Shown here: in pieces, positions 50,044 to 59,626 of the stretch
Layout: each line of letters opens with the position of its first letter
Position numbering within the stretch: the first letter of the stretch is position 1
Source of the DNA: an uncultured bacterium
GTDB taxonomy: Bacteria; Cyanobacteriota; Cyanobacteriia; Cyanobacteriales; Geitlerinemataceae
NCBI GenBank assembly: GCA_964420595.1
Contig: CAYQUF010000005.1
Span: 187-64,186 of the forward strand
Direction of reading: 5' to 3'
Length of the DNA: 64,000 nt
Notes under the pieces: model-generated
What the model was told of the DNA's origin: nothing
Seen by the model: only the letters and a program-made list of their open reading frames with translations
Databases searched by the model: none
Translations under genes and position numbers: made by a program

Positions 50044-50655
50044 ATGCTTAAAAATACCTTAAAAAAACGTCGTTGGCTCGAATTAACCGAATATATTTTG
50101 GTGGCGGGATCGGTGATTGGAACGGGGGTTGCTGCCATTTCGCAACAGGTTTTATACGCCACGACTCCGATCTCGCTATCGTTGGTGTTAAATGTCGTCA
50201 ATCGCAATCGAGCCGAGCAACGCACCCGACAGCACGCTCGCAGCGCCATCGCCCACCTTGACGAAGATAAAAGCGCGATCGAGCAACAATTGCGCGAACT
50301 CATGACTCGACTCGAAGCGCGATCGCATCCAGAAGAATCGGAGGAAAATCTACCGCCCGCAAAGGCGATCGAACGGATTCACCAGCGTCAAAATGTCTTA
50401 GACCAATCGATGGCAATGATGCAGGCGCAACTCGATTCGATGACCAAACAATTCAAACACCGTCCCGAACTCGAACAAATCGAAAGTCTCAGTAGCGTTA
50501 TTGTCGATTTGCAGCAATTTATCAATCAATTGCCGCAATGGGGTCACCTGCAACAGCAAGAACTCAACGAGTTGAAACAGCAAGTCGAACGGGCGATCTC
50601 CGAACTTCCAGATCGGGTCGAAACGGCGGTACAACAGCGCGATCGCGCCGAGTAG
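50044..50655 (+). CDS. Hypothetical two-TM/coiled-coil protein, paralogue of the WD40 protein's N-terminal module
   Basis: Shared with the WD40 protein: 'EYI..(A/C)(G/S)S.IG...A', 'VNRN/INRR', 'FINQLP/YLNDLP' and 'VERAISELPDRV/LERAIADLSERL'. Confidence 0.65.
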   Translation: MLKNTLKKRRWLELTEYILVAGSVIGTGVAAISQQVLYATTPISLSLVLNVVNRNRAEQRTRQHARSAIAHLDEDKSAIEQQLRELMTRLEARSHPEESEENLPPAKAIERIHQRQNVLDQSMAMMQAQLDSMTKQFKHRPELEQIESLSSVIVDLQQFINQLPQWGHLQQQELNELKQQVERAISELPDRVETAVQQRDRAE

Positions 50656-50674
50656 GTTCTAATCTTATTTTATG

Positions 50675-51256
50675 TTAGCGTTCCAATTGCACCGGATGGG
50701 TCGGCGTTAATTGCTCGATCGAGAGCGATCGGCAAATTGCTTCAATTCTATTATTTCCACCAATGTCAAAGTACAAATGCATCCACTCCGATTCTGAAAG
50801 AGAGTGGGTTTGCAACCAAGGCGAAGGTTCAATTTGCCCCCATCCAATAATCGTTCCGAGATTGGCTAGAGGTTGACTGGGTTCGACAGAATGTATATTA
50901 AGTCGTACGTTCGCGTGAAGGCAAGATTCGAGGATTAGTATTAAAGGTCGATCCTCAGTCGCAACTTTGCTAGAAGTACTGGTTGAGTTAAGGTCCCAAT
51001 AGTAGTTGAGGATGAGGATAAACTTTAAAGGTCGATCTTCAGGGGCGAGATAACTACGTAACAGATGTCTCTGCTTACGTCCGAATTTCATATGCAGGAC
51101 TAACCAATCGGGATTATTAAGAGCGTGAACGTAGTCGTTGGGGTATTGAATTTCGTCAGGAAGCCATAAGGATGTGTTATTAGGACGCTGCACAACCATT
51201 GAAAGTAATTCGGCTTCCGTAAAATCATAATGTTGCCAAACTTCCTCAAATTGCAT
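50675..51256 (-). CDS. Hypothetical protein (193 aa), AT-rich HIP1-free cassette, gene 2
   Basis: Clean ORF with an internal 'EDRPL(K/-)(F/-)ILIL' duplication. No family was recognised. Confidence 0.55.
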   Translation of the reverse strand: MQFEEVWQHYDFTEAELLSMVVQRPNNTSLWLPDEIQYPNDYVHALNNPDWLVLHMKFGRKQRHLLRSYLAPEDRPLKFILILNYYWDLNSTSTSSKVATEDRPLILILESCLHANVRLNIHSVEPSQPLANLGTIIGWGQIEPSPWLQTHSLSESEWMHLYFDIGGNNRIEAICRSLSIEQLTPTHPVQLER

Positions 51257-51297
51257 GGCGTTTAAAAGAATAGATATTGTAGATATCGATCGGCGGG

Positions 51298-51621
51298 TTA
51301 TGAAATCAGGGGAAAATGCGTTTCTCTTCTAGAACCCGGTTGCCCAAACTTATTTAGGGGTTGTTCGCCAGGTGCGCCACCCCCAGAACCGTTGTAAACG
51401 CGAACATAAGACGAATTATTCGGTTTAGTCATCAGTCTAACACTGCACCGATTGTCAGGATTTTTCCAGATTTTACCTTCACCGCTCTTGGAACCCCCTC
51501 TAGCTGGTCTGTCGTATGTCCAACTGGAAGCAATAAGTTCGTTTTCTAAAGTCGCTTTATCGATTCCTTGGACGAGTAACTGAAGAACATCAATGGCAGT
51601 CAGAATCCTACCGGATGGCAT
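51298..51621 (-). CDS. Hypothetical protein (107 aa), AT-rich HIP1-free cassette, gene 1
   Basis: Clean ORF 41 nt upstream of the 193-aa gene. No signal peptide and no recognised family. Confidence 0.5.
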   Translation of the reverse strand: MPSGRILTAIDVLQLLVQGIDKATLENELIASSWTYDRPARGGSKSGEGKIWKNPDNRCSVRLMTKPNNSSYVRVYNGSGGGAPGEQPLNKFGQPGSRRETHFPLIS

Positions 51622-51694
51622 GGTTAACCGAAGTGACTTGGCATTCGATCCAACCCTATCAGGTGGGCAGTTAACCGCCCACCCGACAGAAGAT

Positions 51695-52117
51695 TTATTT
51701 AGGTTGGTCGTCCTTTTTATCCTGTTGGGTCAGCACTTCCCAAGCCGCTTTCGCCGCTTCAGCCAAGCGATCGCCAAAATCTTCAATTTCTTGGAGAATT
51801 GACTGCCAATTGCGTTCGGCATCTTTTTGCAATAACTCGATGGATTTCTCAATCCGATTGGGATCGATCCACTGATGTTCCTCCACCGCTTCTCGTGCCT
51901 GATTGACGGCATTGAGATAGGCTTCGCGAGTTAAATTTTCGGCATTTTGCACTTCAGTTTGCGCCCGCCGCTTAATTCCTTCGATCAGAGCTTCGGTTTG
52001 CCGTTTCACCTCGTCGGTCTCGTTCGGCATTTCCCGCTCGACCAAGTCGGTGGTTTCGCGGCTGACGTCAAGGGACGACTCTTGGGGGACTTGAGATTCT
52101 GGATGGTTGGAAGTCAT
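51695..52117 (-). CDS. Hypothetical acidic helical protein
   Basis: 140-aa E/Q/A-rich predicted helix with no competing frame of similar quality. Confidence 0.5.
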   Translation of the reverse strand: MTSNHPESQVPQESSLDVSRETTDLVEREMPNETDEVKRQTEALIEGIKRRAQTEVQNAENLTREAYLNAVNQAREAVEEHQWIDPNRIEKSIELLQKDAERNWQSILQEIEDFGDRLAEAAKAAWEVLTQQDKKDDQPK

Positions 52118-52181
52118 AAGTTTATCTCCTCGTTGGTTGAATTCTACCAGCGTGTCGTTTCAACCTCTCGGCATTTCGCAG

Positions 52182-53054
52182 TTAAACGCCGAACCGACTG
52201 GATGATGGTAGCTCTCGCTCTAGGCTCAACAGCTTTTGAATCCGATCCTCGGTGGATGGATGGGTCGAGAATAGGTTTTTCATCCAATCGCCTGCCAGCG
52301 GATTCATAATTAACAGGGGTTCGAAGGCAGGATTGGACTCCATCGGCATTTGTTTGACGCTCGCTTGCAGCCGTTGCAAGGCACGTGCCACTCGGGGATT
52401 TCCGGTCAACCGAGCGGCACCGGCGTCGGCGGAAAATTCTCGCGTGCGAGAAATGCCCATTTGAATAATCGTAGCCGCAATCGGGGCAAGGATAATGGTC
52501 GCCAGCACGCCGATGATATTACCGCCGCCTTGCTCATCTCGCGAACCGCCAAAGAACCACAAGCTATAACCGAGCATTTGCGCCAGAAATGAAATCGCTC
52601 CGGCGATGGTCGCAGCCACGGCTTGGGTGAGGGTGTCGCGATTGTTGATGTGGCTCAATTCGTGAGCGATGACTGCTTCGAGTTCGTCTTCGGGAAGGAG
52701 TTTCATAATTCCCTGGGTGACGGCGACAGCGGCGTGTTGGGGATCGCGACCCGTGGCAAAGGCGTTAGCGGCATTTGTGGGAATGACGTACACGGCTGGC
52801 ATGGGCAATCCGGCGCGATCGCACAATCGTCCCACAATTCGATACAACCGAGGGGCATCCCCCGCACTGATGGGTTGGGCGCGATAGGCAGCCAATGCAA
52901 TGCGATCGGAATAATACCACGACCCTAAATTCATGACCGCCGCTAGCACGATGCCAAACATCGCACCCCCCACGCCGCCGAGAACCCAATAACTAATGGT
53001 AATCAGAATTGCACTGAGAAGACCGAGTAAGGCAGCTATTTTAAATTGATTCAT
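52182..53054 (-). CDS. htpX: Zinc metalloprotease HtpX
   Basis: 'HELSHINNRD' zinc motif, four TM helices and 'STHPSTEDRI'. Confidence 0.92.
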   Translation of the reverse strand: MNQFKIAALLGLLSAILITISYWVLGGVGGAMFGIVLAAVMNLGSWYYSDRIALAAYRAQPISAGDAPRLYRIVGRLCDRAGLPMPAVYVIPTNAANAFATGRDPQHAAVAVTQGIMKLLPEDELEAVIAHELSHINNRDTLTQAVAATIAGAISFLAQMLGYSLWFFGGSRDEQGGGNIIGVLATIILAPIAATIIQMGISRTREFSADAGAARLTGNPRVARALQRLQASVKQMPMESNPAFEPLLIMNPLAGDWMKNLFSTHPSTEDRIQKLLSLERELPSSSRFGV

Positions 53055-53325
53055 AAGCCAGCTCTCCTTGAACGGCTGCGGTATCCCCGCGAAATGCCGT
53101 TGGCGAGGTTGATGATTTGGCTTCTATTGTATCGAGCTGGATTTGACGGTACGGGCAGAAAACGCCCCTTTGGAAGTACGGATGTACGCACTTTTGTTGG
53201 GTTGCTAACATTCTTTCAGGCTCAAATACAGTCTCGGTAGGGATTGAATGCGAATCTCTCGCCACCGAGTTCGATCGCGAAGCTTAACGATTCGATATTG
53301 AAAAAAGTGAGATTTTTAAACTGCG

Positions 53326-54333
53326 CTAAGTTAATTGCAAGGCTTCGATACCGGGGATCTTGCCAAAAATGCGATCGGAATATTCGAGCAGTTCGCGATC
53401 GCTTAATAATTGGCGATAAAATTCGTCGTCTTGGTAGTGTTTCCAGCGACCGACAACATCCATTTTGCTCGCTTGTTGGGCATACTGGGTGCCGTCGAAG
53501 GAACTTCCACCCGCATTTCCCGCAACGTTAGAAAAGTTCGCGTCCGAAAATTTGAAACCGAGGATTTCGGCAAGCGATCGCCGATAGTCGATATCTCGAA
53601 TCCAGCGGTTATAGTTGACGCACACTTTGTTTTGAGTGGAATAGTTGGTTTCGCCGAGATACTCTTTGGCGTATTCTTTCCACAGTTCGATAAAGGTGCG
53701 ATTGCTAGATTTGACGTGAATAAACCCTCGCTTGATTCGACTGGCTAAGAGATTGAACGGATCTCGCATAATCAGTACGTCGAAGCGCCGACGGCTTTTT
53801 CCAAGGTACCAGTCGTGTTTTTTCTCGGATTTCGGGTCGAAAACTTTGGCTAAGCTATAGTCTTCGTAATTATAAATAAGGTAATCTTTTTTCTTGAAAT
53901 TTCCCTGACATTGTTGGCGCAACCGCTGAATTTCGTCGGGATACTCTGGATAATGGTCGCAGAAATATTCGCAGCGGTATCGGTATGGGTTCTCGCCAGT
54001 TGGAATATCGTTTAAAAACTGAACGACACTCTCATCTTGATGGCGCATCCAGTTAATTAAAATATGGTTGCCGCTGCGTCGCAAGCCAACTAATCTAATT
54101 TCGTTTTGGTTGACGATTCCCCATTCGTCGGGGTTTTGGGTCGAAAATCGGATAGCATCTTCCAATATATGTCCGAACTTACGATGTGCTTTTTTAAAGG
54201 CATAAAATGGTTTATTTAGTGCCTTTTTCCAAATCGGATCGTCAAATAAAACTGAGTTATCTTTTTTTGTCATTTTTAATTTCAGATTCCCGAACAAGTG
54301 TGTAAATATATCTAAAGATTCTAAGCATGACAT
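53326..54333 (-). CDS. Sulfotransferase-family protein (candidate)
   Basis: 'GLRRSGNH' resembles the 5'-PSB loop and 'IMRDPFNLLAS' the 3'-PB motif of PAPS sulfotransferases. The gene is visibly AT-rich. An alternative start is at 54273. Confidence 0.5.
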   Translation of the reverse strand: MSCLESLDIFTHLFGNLKLKMTKKDNSVLFDDPIWKKALNKPFYAFKKAHRKFGHILEDAIRFSTQNPDEWGIVNQNEIRLVGLRRSGNHILINWMRHQDESVVQFLNDIPTGENPYRYRCEYFCDHYPEYPDEIQRLRQQCQGNFKKKDYLIYNYEDYSLAKVFDPKSEKKHDWYLGKSRRRFDVLIMRDPFNLLASRIKRGFIHVKSSNRTFIELWKEYAKEYLGETNYSTQNKVCVNYNRWIRDIDYRRSLAEILGFKFSDANFSNVAGNAGGSSFDGTQYAQQASKMDVVGRWKHYQDDEFYRQLLSDRELLEYSDRIFGKIPGIEALQLT

Positions 54334-54426
54334 TCGACCTTGTCAAATGATATTAAATGCTTTACAGAATTTATATACTAAATTGAATATTTGATAAACA
54401 ACTCGGTGGTGGAAGCATTGCCATTT

Positions 54427-55653
54427 CTAGTCCGAACGAGATCGACTTAAAATGTCTCGGTAAGTGTCGATCGCCTCTCGGGCAATGGCATCCCAGCTAT
54501 AATGGCTGAGGGCAAATGCTTTTGCGGCGTTGCCCCGATCGCGGCATTCGGTTAAATTGGCGATCGCCCCTTGCAAACAGGCAACCAGTTCCTCCACATT
54601 GCAACCGCAGACCCAACCCGCATTCGCATCTCGCACCTCTTGGTAAATTTGGACGCGATCGGAAATGACCACCGCCGTTCCCGCTGCCATGGCTTCGGCG
54701 ACTGCAATCCCGAAGTTTTCGTAGTAAGATGGCAAAACGAATAAATCCGCCCATTGCAACAGCCGCGTCTTAAATTCTCCCCGCACGAACCCGGTTATCG
54801 TGGTTTTCTGACCCAGGGAAGACGTTGCGATTTGCTGGCGAATGTTTGCTTCGTATTTTGAATCTTGCGGATTCGATCCGGCTAACACGAAATGAAAGTT
54901 TTCCCCATCCTCAGTTAATCGTTTTAATGCTGGAATCAGTAAATCTAATCCTTTTTTCGGTTCGATTCGCGACATAAACAGCACAATCGGACAGCCAGAC
55001 TGGTGGAGCGATCGCAATTTGGCGTCCAACGATTGCCATTGCGGATCGACGGTTTCGCCAATCTCGGGCAAACTCACCCCCAGCGGAATCACCGCATCTC
55101 GCGTGGTAGCACCAAAGCGTTCGGAGATCTCGGCTTCCTCGCTGCTGGTAAAATGAATCGCCGCCGCGCCTTGGAGGTTGGGACGTTCCAATAAGGTGGC
55201 GTAAATCTGCTTCAGCCCTCGTTTTTTGCGCAAATCTGCCGGATCTAACGTTCCGAGGGGACGCAGAATGTAGGGAAGCCGACGCGATCGCGCCACGGTT
55301 GCCGCCAGGGAACTTACGGGGGAAAATAAGGCGTGAACGTGTGCCACGTCAAACTCGCTCGCGTGCTGCCACAACCATTGCAACAAGGGCAGCGAAAACT
55401 TGTAGCGTCGGAAGGGAGAACAGCGAAAGTAGCGCACGCAATACCCATCCTGCCACACGGGACGATCTAGGGGCACATCTAGTGGCGGCTGACCCGCATC
55501 GCCGTTGGCGTCGGTGGTGAGGACGGTGACCTCGGCACCCTGACGTGCTAAGGCGGCGGAGAGTCCCAAAATCGCTTGGCTCGGACCGCCGTAGACGAGC
55601 GAGATGGCGGGGATAATGTGGACGATACGCGGCGAACGCTCGATGGTCGGCAC
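54427..55653 (-). CDS. Glycosyltransferase family 4
   Basis: 'IVHIIPAISLVYGGPS' and 'ENFGIAVAEAMAAGTAVVISD'. The GTG 55653 start has GAGGA upstream. The tracked 97-aa Arg-rich extension was rejected because it overlaps the upstream gene. Confidence 0.85.
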   Translation of the reverse strand: MPTIERSPRIVHIIPAISLVYGGPSQAILGLSAALARQGAEVTVLTTDANGDAGQPPLDVPLDRPVWQDGYCVRYFRCSPFRRYKFSLPLLQWLWQHASEFDVAHVHALFSPVSSLAATVARSRRLPYILRPLGTLDPADLRKKRGLKQIYATLLERPNLQGAAAIHFTSSEEAEISERFGATTRDAVIPLGVSLPEIGETVDPQWQSLDAKLRSLHQSGCPIVLFMSRIEPKKGLDLLIPALKRLTEDGENFHFVLAGSNPQDSKYEANIRQQIATSSLGQKTTITGFVRGEFKTRLLQWADLFVLPSYYENFGIAVAEAMAAGTAVVISDRVQIYQEVRDANAGWVCGCNVEELVACLQGAIANLTECRDRGNAAKAFALSHYSWDAIAREAIDTYRDILSRSRSD

Positions 55654-55664
55654 GATGGCGATCC

Positions 55665-56831
55665 TCAGTTCAGCTTGCGATAGAACTCTAGCAGTTGTTG
55701 CGCCAGGGCGCGATTGGTATAGTAATGCATGGCGCGATCGTACCCCCGTTGGGCGATTTGGGCGGCGCGATCGCGATCGTCCATCAGTTGCGCCAGACGG
55801 TCTCGCAATGCCGTTACGTCGCCTTCGGGAAAGGTCAATCCGCCATCGCCGATCGCGTGGGGAATTTCGCCGCAATCGGAGCCGACGACGGGGACGCGAC
55901 ACGCCATGGCTTCGATCAGGACGTGACCGAATTGCTCTTTCCACCCCGCCGCTGTCAGGGTTTTAAACTCATAGGTGGTTTCCGAGGGCAGAATCAGGGC
56001 GTCGAGTAAGTTCATGTAACGGGGAACGTCGTCGTGGGGGACGCTTTCGACCCAAATCAGGCGATCGCTCAAGTCATGTTCTCGCGCCCAATTTTCTAAC
56101 TCGGGTTTGAGGTCGCCCCGTCCGAGCAACAGCCATTTCCAAGGGCGATCGCGCAATGGCTCTAACGCTTTGGCGAGGGTGAGCAGTCCTTTTTCCGGTA
56201 CGAACCGCCCCACAAAACCGACAACAAATGTCTCGGGATCGATGCCGAGCGATCGCGCCAATTCCGGCTGCGGTTGCGGGCGAAATCGGGTTTCGTCTAC
56301 CCCCAATTGCGGCAGCACGGCGATGGGACCTTCATACCCCCGCTGGCGCAGAATGTCGGCACCGTCCTGGTTTCCGGCGACAATCCCGTTGCTGTGGTGC
56401 AGGTTGTACCCTTCCAGGGCGCTGACGGGCCACTTCAGATCGTAGGGCAAATTCCACCAGGTGAAAAAGACGGTTTTGGCCTTGAGTCCCAACAGCCGAT
56501 TTAGGAAAATTAATTCGGCGTAACCGAGGGATTTCGCCCCCTGTTCCATTTGGATGATATCGGGGCGAAACTGGCGCAGCAGGGAGATAATTTCGGTTCC
56601 GAAGGCGAGCAATCCCTGATTGTTTTGGCTGAAGTTGGCAATGGGAACGACGCGAAACGTACCTTCATCCACCGGTTGCGATTCGATCGTTTTGTTTTGC
56701 ACGCCACCGGGTCGCCAGCGTTTGGGAACGACGACGGTGACCTCGATATCGTCTTGCAACCGAGCCAGCGATCGCCATTTTTCCCGGTTGAGATCGACAA
56801 TGTAGGTGTGGCTGGCGACGAGAATTTTCAT
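55665..56831 (-). CDS. Glycosyltransferase family 4
   Basis: 'EQFGHVLIEAMACRVPVVGSDCGEIPHAIG' and 'GRFVPEKG'. Confidence 0.85.
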   Translation of the reverse strand: MKILVASHTYIVDLNREKWRSLARLQDDIEVTVVVPKRWRPGGVQNKTIESQPVDEGTFRVVPIANFSQNNQGLLAFGTEIISLLRQFRPDIIQMEQGAKSLGYAELIFLNRLLGLKAKTVFFTWWNLPYDLKWPVSALEGYNLHHSNGIVAGNQDGADILRQRGYEGPIAVLPQLGVDETRFRPQPQPELARSLGIDPETFVVGFVGRFVPEKGLLTLAKALEPLRDRPWKWLLLGRGDLKPELENWAREHDLSDRLIWVESVPHDDVPRYMNLLDALILPSETTYEFKTLTAAGWKEQFGHVLIEAMACRVPVVGSDCGEIPHAIGDGGLTFPEGDVTALRDRLAQLMDDRDRAAQIAQRGYDRAMHYYTNRALAQQLLEFYRKLN

Positions 56832-57856
56832 GATTGCGCGGACGGCTGGCGGTTGACGGCGGTGGAAGGGGTTTGACTTGGGCTGGCGAGATCGCGTTTG
56901 GTGTAGGTTTGACCGTCATCCCACAGCGATCGCGCGATCGTTCCACAGGCGTTGAGCAAGCCGAGGGCGTAGAACCCGCCCCGTACCAGGGTTTTGCGGA
57001 ACGAGGGACTTTTGTTGCACGGGGGATGACCCAAGACGTGACAGTCGAATAACTTGGCGAAAAATCGGGCGCACTGACCGGGGGTGAGGTTTTTCAGCCC
57101 CATGAAGAAATGGTTGTGGTAGAAGGTGAATTGATACTGGAGCGATCGCGTGCTGATGTCGTGACAGCCACCGGTTTCTTCCCCCAGGTGAACCAGGTTG
57201 GCGTCGGGATCGTACCAAATTTTATACCCCGTGCGCCGAAATCGCAGGCAAAAGTCCGATTCTTCGCGCACCGCACTCCCGCGAAACCGTTCGTCGAAGT
57301 AGAGTCCGTGCTGCTCGAACACTTCTCGGCGAAACGACATATTGCAGCCGCGAACCGACAGCACTTGTTGCGGTTTGACGGTATGCACCAGGTCGATGTG
57401 ATACCAGGCGATCCCCGGATCCATTGCTTCGGGGGGTAAGTCTTCGATGGTGAGACTTCCACCAGAATCGGCGAGCTTCATGCGATCGAACACCCGTCCC
57501 GCGACTGCTCCTATCTCCGGGCGATCGATATAATTTTTGGCATGGGCGTGCAGAAACCCTTCTGGCAGTTGCACGTCGTCGTCGAGAAACAGCATAATGT
57601 CCCCCGTGGCGCGGCGTACCGCATAATTTCTGGCACCGGGCAAACTCGCCCAATCGACGCGAAACCACTGAATTTTTCCAGTTTCAGAGAGGGTTTCTAA
57701 CGCCGCTTGCACGTTGGGTTTGTGGTTGTCGGTTTGATCGACGACGATAACTTCAAAGTCGGGATAGTCCTGTTCGAGTATCGCCGCGATCGTCTCTTGC
57801 AGCAGTTCCTCGCGGCGATAGGTGGGAATAATGACGGAAATGCGGGGTAAATTCAC
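56828..57856 (-). CDS. Glycosyltransferase family 2
   Basis: 'ISVIIPTYRREELLQETIAAILEQDYPDFEVIVVDQ' and 'LFLDDDV'. Its stop overlaps the next start (ATGA at 56828-56831). Confidence 0.85.
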   Translation of the reverse strand: MNLPRISVIIPTYRREELLQETIAAILEQDYPDFEVIVVDQTDNHKPNVQAALETLSETGKIQWFRVDWASLPGARNYAVRRATGDIMLFLDDDVQLPEGFLHAHAKNYIDRPEIGAVAGRVFDRMKLADSGGSLTIEDLPPEAMDPGIAWYHIDLVHTVKPQQVLSVRGCNMSFRREVFEQHGLYFDERFRGSAVREESDFCLRFRRTGYKIWYDPDANLVHLGEETGGCHDISTRSLQYQFTFYHNHFFMGLKNLTPGQCARFFAKLFDCHVLGHPPCNKSPSFRKTLVRGGFYALGLLNACGTIARSLWDDGQTYTKRDLASPSQTPSTAVNRQPSAQS

Positions 57857-57888
57857 GATGGGCGCGTCCCGAAGCTAGGCTTTAGCCA

Positions 57889-58827
57889 TTATTTTAGCGA
57901 CCCGGCGCGAGATTGCTGCGTCGCAACCGACGGTTGGCTCGGTTTTAATTGTTTCTTCATCACGATTAAGGTGTCGTAAAGCATTTTGAACAATAGGTTC
58001 CAAAAATAACCGTATTGCGGAAATCGCTTGGCGAGCAACAGGTCGGCGGAGACGTGAAAGCGGGCTTTTTTCCCCGAGGAGGGTGCCAAAATGTATCGGA
58101 CTTGTTCGACGCCCGTAGGGGGTGCGTGACCGATAATTAATTGAGATTGGAAATGTTTGGCTTGCAGGGCGAGTCCGAGATAGCGATCGAGGTTCCAAGC
58201 CGGGATCCAGCGCACGTTTCCCACCAGTTGAAGCGATCGCGAAATTTCGGGTAACGCCTCGCGGACGATTTGGGCATTCCATACCTTATTATTAAAGTTT
58301 TCGACGTGCCGACCGTTTTTATCAGTTCGCTCTCGCCACGGTAAAAAGACATAGCGCCAATCGAACGGGATCTCTAACGGCGCGATCGGAATTGCGGCAA
58401 ACTCACGGGCGATCGCGTTTTCATCCCACGCCATTTCCGTCCAAGGCGCATCAATGGCGTCGCGATCTTCGCCATCGATATTGTTTTGTCGCAATCGCAA
58501 CAGCCAACTTTGGGGACAGTGACTGAAATATTGGGAGGCGAGGGTAGCAATCTCGGGGTGGAGAAAATCGTCGTCATCGAGGGCGATCGCGTATTGTCCG
58601 CGCATGTTGTACAATCCCGTCAGCCGTTGCATGAATTCTCCTTTCACGGGACTGACAAGCGATCGCGCTCTGGCATCGGGGACGGATCGAATTTCCGTAT
58701 CGGGCGGATAAACGAGGACGAATTCCACATCCCCGCGAATGGCGAGCAACCGATCTAACCAGCGATCGGAGAAGCGACCCAATGTCGCCGTCACGATTGA
58801 TAAAAAAGGCGGCTGTTCTGTCATCAT
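57889..58827 (-). CDS. GT2-like glycosyltransferase (divergent)
   Basis: 'LSIVTATLGR' and 'AIALDDDDFLHPE' (DxD context). The family call is tentative. Confidence 0.5.
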   Translation of the reverse strand: MMTEQPPFLSIVTATLGRFSDRWLDRLLAIRGDVEFVLVYPPDTEIRSVPDARARSLVSPVKGEFMQRLTGLYNMRGQYAIALDDDDFLHPEIATLASQYFSHCPQSWLLRLRQNNIDGEDRDAIDAPWTEMAWDENAIAREFAAIPIAPLEIPFDWRYVFLPWRERTDKNGRHVENFNNKVWNAQIVREALPEISRSLQLVGNVRWIPAWNLDRYLGLALQAKHFQSQLIIGHAPPTGVEQVRYILAPSSGKKARFHVSADLLLAKRFPQYGYFWNLLFKMLYDTLIVMKKQLKPSQPSVATQQSRAGSLK

Positions 58828-59110
58828 TCAGCGATATTAAAATACTCTCATTTTATCAAGAGTTTGCGAATCAGCCCATTGTCAGGTGATATGGAGTCCG
58901 GTTGTCGAGCAATTCTCAGAGCTGTGCGGTATACCTTCGGTTATAGCGTTTTCATTTGAGATGCGAAACTAACGATAAACAGCCGATCTGGCAACAGGAA
59001 TTGGAGAAAAACGCGATCGGCTAAGAACGGATGAGGGACACCCGCCTGTTGTCTGTCTTCCCGGGCGTGCAGTGCTTTTGGAACCAGCCTAAAACCGAGT
59101 TTAATTGTCG

Positions 59111-59500
59111 CTAGATTGTGGCGATGCACTCAATTTCCACGATCGCATTTTTGGGTAACCGAGACACTTCTACGCACGATCGCGCCGGTGCCTCCTGCGG
59201 GTCGAAATAGTTGCCGTAGACCGAATTGACGGCAGCGAAATTGTTCATGTCGGTTAAAAAGATCGTGGTTTTGACCACATTCGACCAATCCGCGCCGGCT
59301 TCCGATAAAATGGCGGCAATATTTGCCATGATTTGCTCGGTTTGTCGGGCGATATCGTCGGTTTCGATTAAATTTCCCGTTTGTGGGTCGAGGGCAATTT
59401 GACCGGCGATAAATAGGGTTTGTCCGGTAGCGGCGATCGCTTGATTGTACGGTCCGACGGGAGCGGGCGCGCGATCGGTACGAATGACTTGACGGTTCAT
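59111..59500 (-). CDS. ridA: RidA family reactive-intermediate deaminase (YjgF/L-PSP)
   Basis: 'APAPVGPYNQAI', 'FIAGQIALDP' and 'PARSCVEVSRLPKNAIVEIE'. Confidence 0.9.
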   Translation of the reverse strand: MNRQVIRTDRAPAPVGPYNQAIAATGQTLFIAGQIALDPQTGNLIETDDIARQTEQIMANIAAILSEAGADWSNVVKTTIFLTDMNNFAAVNSVYGNYFDPQEAPARSCVEVSRLPKNAIVEIECIATI

Positions 59501-59626
59501 GAAATTGAAAGGTTGTCTGCACCCTAAATCTTACCAGGTGTTGGCAACTTATCGAATCGAAAATAGAGTGTTCGCGGGTTCTTGGCGTCTTTGCGATCGA
59601 TCGTGTTCGCTCGATATTCTCCCCGC

